Shown here piece after piece: positions 58,369 to 64,000 of a stretch of 64,000 nucleotides of DNA. A program made the position numbers and the translations under genes. Numbering within the stretch: position 1 is the first letter of the stretch; every line of letters starts with the position of its first letter. This DNA comes from an uncultured Vicinamibacteraceae bacterium. Its GTDB lineage: Bacteria; Acidobacteriota; Vicinamibacteria; Vicinamibacterales; UBA8438. The notes under the pieces are model-generated. The model was not told the DNA's origin and made no database searches. It saw only the letters and a program-made list of their open reading frames with translations. The DNA lies in assembly GCA_964507425.1 (NCBI GenBank), contig CAZDQD010000071.1, positions 36,016 through 100,015 of the forward strand, in the 5' to 3' direction.

Positions 58369-59740
58369 GGATCTCTGCCGCCTCCTTTCGCCACATTTCC
58401 AAATCTTCCAGCGCACGTTTTGCAAGCGCCTGACGTCGTGCCTGACGTCCGCGGGGAGGAGAGTCCAAACTGGGGATCAGACCATAGGCTATGTTTGTCG
58501 GTTGGTAATTCAGAGAATCAGCATGCGATACGTAATACGACAACGCGCCAAGCGCTGTTGTTCGCGGCAGCTCCAGCGGCCTTTCGCCCAACGCTAATGC
58601 AGCAGCATTTATACCCGCAACTAACCCTGATGCCGCTGATTCCACATAGCCCTCAACGCCAGACAGCTGACCCGCAAAAAACAACTTCGGTCGCTTCTTA
58701 GACTGCCACGTCCGCAAAAGTACCGTCGGACCGTTGATATAAGTGTTGCGATGGATCATCCCGAAGCGTACAAACTCAGCCTTCTCCAGACCAGGAATTA
58801 GTCGAAGTACACGTTGTTGCTCTGGCCACTTCAGCTGGGTCTGAAACCCAACCAAACTGTAATGCTCTGCTGCTAAATTGTCTTGGCGAAGCTGTACCAC
58901 CGCGTACGGCATCCTGCCAGTAGCCGGGTCCACAAGCCCAACTGGTTTCATTGGTCCAAATCTCAACGTATCGATACCGCGATGTGCCATCACCTCGATT
59001 GGCAAACATCCCTCAAAAAAAGGTGTGCTATCCAAATCATGCAACTCGGCAAGCTCGGCTGTCACCAACGCGTCGTAAAAACGACGATACTCCGACGCCG
59101 ACATTGGGCAATTAAGGTAATCCCCGTCACTCGGAGAACTTCCACAAGTATCGCCCTGCATCAATTCAGCTGGGGGGCCAGTCCTCCGCCCTCGGCGTGA
59201 CGCTCGAAACACACGGTCATAGTCAATTGATTCGGCGAGTACGATCGGGCTAATCGCGTCAAAAAAATACAGTTGCTCACGACCAACAAGCGCGGTGATG
59301 TCACTTGATAGGCGTTCGGATGTCAATGGCCCAGTCGCCACAATCACCGGATCATCATTTGGACCCGGTAGAGGTAGATGTTCCACCTCCCGACGGCGGA
59401 TTGTGACTAATGGCTCACTCGCAAGCATCGACGTAATCTTCTCGGCGAAGTGCGTCCGATCAACTGCTAGCGCACCACCTGCCGGCACTCTCGTCTGCTC
59501 AGCCACCTGCATGACAAGTGAGCCAAGCTGGCGCATTTCCTCCTTCAGAAGCCCAACTGCATTTTCGAGTTTGTCCCCACGAAACGAATTGCTACACACC
59601 AACTCTGCTAAATAGTTGGTCTGGTGAACTGCGGTGGAACGCACTGGTCTCATTTCGCTCAGGCAGACCGGCACACCACGCCTGGCTACCTGCCAGGCCG
59701 CCTCACTACCAGCCAATCCACCGCCAACAATGTGAATCAT
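58340..59740 (-). CDS. trmFO: Folate/FAD-dependent tRNA m5U54 methyltransferase TrmFO
   Basis: GGGLAGSEAA, ELVCSNS, FEGCLPIE, FGPMKPVGL, HRNTY, GVEGY.ES. Confidence 0.95.
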   Translation of the reverse strand: MIHIVGGGLAGSEAAWQVARRGVPVCLSEMRPVRSTAVHQTNYLAELVCSNSFRGDKLENAVGLLKEEMRQLGSLVMQVAEQTRVPAGGALAVDRTHFAEKITSMLASEPLVTIRRREVEHLPLPGPNDDPVIVATGPLTSERLSSDITALVGREQLYFFDAISPIVLAESIDYDRVFRASRRGRRTGPPAELMQGDTCGSSPSDGDYLNCPMSASEYRRFYDALVTAELAELHDLDSTPFFEGCLPIEVMAHRGIDTLRFGPMKPVGLVDPATGRMPYAVVQLRQDNLAAEHYSLVGFQTQLKWPEQQRVLRLIPGLEKAEFVRFGMIHRNTYINGPTVLLRTWQSKKRPKLFFAGQLSGVEGYVESAASGLVAGINAAALALGERPLELPRTTALGALSYYVSHADSLNYQPTNIAYGLIPSLDSPPRGRQARRQALAKRALEDLEMWRKEAAEIHGTVSGVLS

Positions 59741-59755
59741 TGAACCTTGGTGCTA

Positions 59756-62224
59756 CTAGCTAGCCTTCTTTTTTGCGGTCGTTTTTTTTGCGGTCTTTAC
59801 GTCGGTCAGTTCTTCGCTGCTGACGTAGTCACAATCGTCTTTGTAACAGAGGACCTGACGTCCCCAACGCTTGGTGATCTTCTCGACCACAAATGGCGCC
59901 TTACATTGGGGGCAATCCTGGCTAATGGGCTTATTCCAAACTATAAAGTCACAGTCCGGGTAATTACCGCAACCATAAAAAACGCGCCCACGCTTTGATT
60001 TGCGCTCGACAATGTCACCACCGTCCTTCGGACAAGAAATGCCCGTACTCTTTAATTTGATATAGCGGCATTTGGGATAACTACTACAGGCAGTAAACTC
60101 TCCAAACTTGCCCTGCTTAATAACCAAGTTTGAATCGCATTTTGGACACTTTTCATCAATCGTCTGGTCGGGCTTCGCCGCAGCCAGCCCAGACGCCGTC
60201 TGTATCAGTTGTCTGGTGGTCTTACATTCTGGATAAGCAGTACACGCAAAGAACTGGCCAAACCGGCCCCGCTTGAGCACCATGGGTTTGCCACAGTTTT
60301 CGCACGGTTCTTTCTGAGCTTCGTCGGCTAATTCCTTTTCATTTCCGATCTCCCCCGTGTATGTACACTCCGGGTATCCGCTGCAACCGAGAAACATGCC
60401 GTACTTACTTGGCTTCTCGAGTAACACAGCGTCGCATTCTGGACATTTCTCGCCAGTGGGAATCCCACCTCGTATATCCGGCATCTCTTTTTCTACACGT
60501 GCAAGATCCTCTAGCACTTTTTCGTAGAAGTTCTTCAGCACATTACCGTATTCGTCTGCACCGCTTTCGATCCGATCTAGCAGGTCTTCCATTTCACGGG
60601 TGTACTCAACTTGCACGATGTCAGCCCAATGATCGACTAACAACTTCGTGACAACGCGCCCGAGCCTTCTTGGTTTTAACCGACCCTCAATCTTAAAAAC
60701 GTAATCACGTTCTTGAACCTTTTGGATCGTTGCAGCATACGTACTCGGACGACCTATGCCATTTTCCTCTAGTTCCTTAACAAGCATCGCCTCAGTGAAC
60801 CTAGGCGGAGGCTGGGTAAACTTCTGTTCCGGTCTGAGCTTTAGCAATGTCAACGGGTCGCCTTCAGTTAGTACTGGCAGCACACTGGCAACTGCATCTC
60901 CAGTCTTATCAGCTGTATCTGCAATTTTCGTTTTATCGTCAACAGTGTCGTCGTAGGCAACCATCCAACCGCGAAACTTTGGAACGGAACCCTTCACCCG
61001 AAAAACGTAATCTCCAGCAGTAACATCAACCGTCGTATCGTCGAATATGGCCTGTGGCATTTGGGACGCAACAAAACGATTCCAAATTAATCTGTACAGG
61101 TAATACTGTTCCCTCGTCAGATGAGGTCGAACCGCCTCGGGTTCGTACGCCATCGATGTCGGACGTATCGCTTCATGCGCATCCTGCGCGTCTTTTTTAG
61201 TGCGATAACGATTTGGCGTTTCCGGAACGTACTCGCCACCAAAAGTCTTCCCGATAAAGCCGCGAACATCTTCTATAGCCTGTTCCGAAACACGCGTTGA
61301 ATCCGTTCGCATATATGTAATAAGGCCGACAGCACCTTCTCCAGGAAGCTCGATCCCCTCGTACAGTTGCTGAGCAATCTGCATCGTTCGCCGAACGGGC
61401 GAACGTGACGCCTGCTGAAGTTTGCTGGTGATGAAAGGCGGGGCCGCTGATTTCTTTCTTTCTTTCGTGGCAACAGATTTCACGCAAAATTGCGACTTCT
61501 GTAGCGAAACGAGAATGGTATCGGCCTGCTGTTGGTTTTCAATCTTAAGAGTATTTTTCCCCTGCTTGACAAGTTTCGCCTCAAACTCTGGCGGGGACGC
61601 ACCCTCAAGGTGGGCAAACACGTGCCAGTATTCTTCCGACTTAAAAGCGTCGATCTCATCTTCACGTTCACATATGAGTCTCAATGCAACAGACTGAACC
61701 CGACCTCCGCTCAGTCCACGCCGGACCTTCCGCCAAAACAGTCTGCTCAGCTTGTAACCCACAACGCGGTCTACGACACGGCGTCCTTGCTGAGCATCCA
61801 CCATGCGTCGGTTAATTTCTCCGACGTTCTCGAGAGCTTCCAGTACAGCCCGTTTCGTGATCTCATTAAAAACCAATCGACTCACGGGTCGCTTTTTTGT
61901 CCCCAACAACTCAGAGAGGTGCCACGCAATCGCTTCGCCTTCACGGTCGGGGTCTGTTGCCACGTAGATTTCGCTAACACTCTTAGCAGCAGCCCTGAGT
62001 TCCTTGACTACTTTTGGATTAGTAACCTCGTAATCAAGCACAAATCCATTTTCAATATCGATCCCCTCATCGAGCCGACGACCATCCGCCGTCTTTTTCT
62101 TCGGAGACTTTGGTAGATCTCGTACATGACCTACGGAAGCCTCGACTCTAAAATCCTTGCCAAGGTATTTCGTAATCGTCTTTGCCTTGGCCGGCGATTC
62201 AACGATGACTAAGGTTTTCGCCAT
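59756..62224 (-). CDS. topA: DNA topoisomerase I with C-terminal zinc-ribbon repeats
   Basis: IVESPAKA, DPDREGE, GRVQS, catalytic ITYMRTDS, AHEAIRPT, GIGRPSTY; about five Cys-rich ribbons; Lys-rich tail. Confidence 0.97.
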   Translation of the reverse strand: MAKTLVIVESPAKAKTITKYLGKDFRVEASVGHVRDLPKSPKKKTADGRRLDEGIDIENGFVLDYEVTNPKVVKELRAAAKSVSEIYVATDPDREGEAIAWHLSELLGTKKRPVSRLVFNEITKRAVLEALENVGEINRRMVDAQQGRRVVDRVVGYKLSRLFWRKVRRGLSGGRVQSVALRLICEREDEIDAFKSEEYWHVFAHLEGASPPEFEAKLVKQGKNTLKIENQQQADTILVSLQKSQFCVKSVATKERKKSAAPPFITSKLQQASRSPVRRTMQIAQQLYEGIELPGEGAVGLITYMRTDSTRVSEQAIEDVRGFIGKTFGGEYVPETPNRYRTKKDAQDAHEAIRPTSMAYEPEAVRPHLTREQYYLYRLIWNRFVASQMPQAIFDDTTVDVTAGDYVFRVKGSVPKFRGWMVAYDDTVDDKTKIADTADKTGDAVASVLPVLTEGDPLTLLKLRPEQKFTQPPPRFTEAMLVKELEENGIGRPSTYAATIQKVQERDYVFKIEGRLKPRRLGRVVTKLLVDHWADIVQVEYTREMEDLLDRIESGADEYGNVLKNFYEKVLEDLARVEKEMPDIRGGIPTGEKCPECDAVLLEKPSKYGMFLGCSGYPECTYTGEIGNEKELADEAQKEPCENCGKPMVLKRGRFGQFFACTAYPECKTTRQLIQTASGLAAAKPDQTIDEKCPKCDSNLVIKQGKFGEFTACSSYPKCRYIKLKSTGISCPKDGGDIVERKSKRGRVFYGCGNYPDCDFIVWNKPISQDCPQCKAPFVVEKITKRWGRQVLCYKDDCDYVSSEELTDVKTAKKTTAKKKAS

Positions 62225-62535
62225 ACATTCTCTCTTCGTGACCGATTCCGTTCTTTACGTTACCACCTCTTGGCAAGCCCAAACCGTAATGGTCAACGCT
62301 GTAACCACAACCAGACCGCCTGGTGATAGTGGTATCGTCCACTACTGGCCTAATCTTTGCCAATTCTCATTGTTTCAATAAACACCTTAAAGACAGTAAC
62401 TTATAATAATTTTCAAAAAACATAACTGATGGATGGCTCACTGTCGAACCGAGCAAAATTAAACCAGTCACAGCGAATGTGACATTTTTGAAATATTGAG
62501 ACAAAAGTATTGGCCTCACCATCTGCAGGAAGCGC

Positions 62536-62958
62536 TTGCTTCCCGACATCGGAGGTCGCTATATTCAAACTGAGGCTGCGCGCTTGTGGATAGATAAACA
62601 CCTGACAAACGGGGCAATTCCTCTACTTTTAGCTATTGGCGTCCTGACGGCCGTTCCGAGTGTATCTGCTGATGAACGGGACGATGCAAAAGCTCAGGTC
62701 GAGTTCGGGATTGCTGTTGCCAGACAGGGCTTGTGGGAAGAAGCAACATTCCGCTGGGAGCGTGCATCAGAAATCGATCCAACCTACCCAGCAGCTTGGA
62801 ATAACTTGGGAATCGCTTACGAACAAAAAGGCTTGTTCGACGAGGCACTCGAAGCCTACGAGGAAGCGCTTGACTTATCGCCGGATGACATCAATATTCA
62901 ACAAAACTACGACCTCTTTAGGGAAATCTATGACCGCCTATCTGAAAACGACCGTTAG
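62536..62958 (+). CDS. Secreted tetratricopeptide-repeat protein
   Basis: GLWEEA...WERA..IDP..AWNNLGIAYE..G..DEA..AYE.AL.L.P; start uncertain (in-frame TTG at 62584 possible). Confidence 0.8.
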   Translation: MLPDIGGRYIQTEAARLWIDKHLTNGAIPLLLAIGVLTAVPSVSADERDDAKAQVEFGIAVARQGLWEEATFRWERASEIDPTYPAAWNNLGIAYEQKGLFDEALEAYEEALDLSPDDINIQQNYDLFREIYDRLSENDR

Positions 62959-63742
62959 TGGCTTGTTCCTACTTTCTATCTCGGCCTGCACCAGCTTTTA
63001 CGAGATTCCGATCGAAACCCCGCTTCAACCTAAGCTAGATGTTTCACGATTCCAACGCATACTCGTTGCTGGCTTTTTAGCGGGCGGCAGTCAGGACGTG
63101 GATGGTAATTTGGAAACTGCGCGTCTGCTTAGAAGTCAATTACGCAACGAATCTCGACTTGACGTGATTGATGCCGAAGTACTCGATCTTTTTGCGGTTG
63201 CAGAGTCAGAAGGCATTGCCCCTGACGGGGTGACTTCCGAGAATGGCGACGACCTTGGTCGCACAGGCACACAAACCTCACCTGCAGAGCGGGATGAAAC
63301 TGAAGAAGAGACAGTCAGTGAAGAGGCGCTCGAAGCTTACGAAACGATTTTTGCTAACGTCGGCTATTGGAGACAACTCGGAGAAGAACATCAGAACCCG
63401 CTCATTGTTACGGGAACCGTGTATTTCACGCCCCATCAAATGTCGGGCATGGTTACAAGAGAACGCGAAATTTATGACGACTTTGGCAGAAGACGAGTGA
63501 TCCCAATGCGGGCCTACCAAGACCGAGAAGGCTTCATCCTGAGTCCAAAGTTCATTTTTATCGACGGAAACACTGGGGTCACGCTATATACGGAGCGTCA
63601 CCGTGAAGAGGTTCTTTACGATATTACTCAGAACACACCACCTCTTTCCTCGTATTTCGAACTTATGGACAGGTTGATCCCGTCGTTTCTTGGAGCGCTT
63701 GCTGATCAAAACATCCGTGGTTCCCGCATCATGCTCAGGTAA
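62930..63742 (+). CDS. Hypothetical lipoprotein
   Basis: Start moved to ATG 62930, giving signal peptide and lipobox ISAC; overlaps the TPR gene end by 29 bp. Confidence 0.75.
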   Translation: MTAYLKTTVSGLFLLSISACTSFYEIPIETPLQPKLDVSRFQRILVAGFLAGGSQDVDGNLETARLLRSQLRNESRLDVIDAEVLDLFAVAESEGIAPDGVTSENGDDLGRTGTQTSPAERDETEEETVSEEALEAYETIFANVGYWRQLGEEHQNPLIVTGTVYFTPHQMSGMVTREREIYDDFGRRRVIPMRAYQDREGFILSPKFIFIDGNTGVTLYTERHREEVLYDITQNTPPLSSYFELMDRLIPSFLGALADQNIRGSRIMLR

Positions 63743-63849
63743 CCTCGTCTTTACAGATTCAGCCTTAGAGTAGTAATCTCCACTCTTGGGATTTGGTCCG
63801 AACGTCCATACAATCCCTCTAATCAGGATAAACAGTGTAGGTTTTCAAA

Positions 63850-64000
63850 GTGTTTGCAATTATCGAGAGCGGCGGACGGCAGGTTCGGGTAGAGGAAGGC
63901 ACTATCGTTTCGGTTGACCACATCAACCAGTCGGTAGGAGACGAAGTAACTTTCGACAAAGTCCTTTTCCTCGACCGCGAAGGGACAAAAATTGTTGGAA
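63850..64000 (+). CDS. rplU: 50S ribosomal protein L21, 5' part (truncated by window end)
   Basis: Not in the ORF track. GTG 63850 reads MFAIIESGGRQVRVEEG..VGDEVTFDKVL. Confidence 0.92.
   Translation, partial: MFAIIESGGRQVRVEEGTIVSVDHINQSVGDEVTFDKVLFLDREGTKIVG

Noticed and set aside
62660-62929. N-terminal extensions in the ORF track (also lon 27132, hslV 53190, serine hydrolase 11847, Omp85 40375)
   Set aside because: They overlap neighbouring genes; downstream starts give better RBS, signal peptides or coupled overlaps.

Overview
Bacterial chromosomal window, densely coding, most consistent with an Acidobacteriota genome of the Vicinamibacterales type (inferred from gene content and protein style, not proven). 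Bases 1-23.6 kb are an accessory-like stretch rich in exported proteins. It holds a 3'-truncated sulfatase-fold lipoprotein with no catalytic motif (missing from the ORF track), three paralogues of one uncharacterised periplasmic domain (one fused to tandem VOC domains) plus DUF6152, a Tat sulfite-oxidase-family molybdoenzyme and a metallophosphoesterase-CBM9-like fusion. It also holds arsS with its CMD partner, a class II cytochrome c, a serine hydrolase, an ankyrin/DUF1592/DUF1552 module with a perfect sigma70 promoter, and an ergothioneine locus (fungal-Egt1-like egtB, egtD, a coupled AI-2E transporter and a convergent betaine-family ABC importer). Bases 23.7-64 kb are mostly housekeeping: tRNA-Leu, tig-clpP-clpX-lon-yihA-rpmE, nrdJ with tandem NrdR boxes, a long minus-strand run (hslVU, FN3 lipoprotein, FAH, transaldolase, three-subunit acyl-CoA carboxylase, TamB, Omp85, SurA-like), an ABC-F, topA-trmFO-xerC and the start of rplU. 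I saw no CRISPR array, IS element, prophage or rRNA. All family assignments come from motif recognition by eye; no database searches were run.
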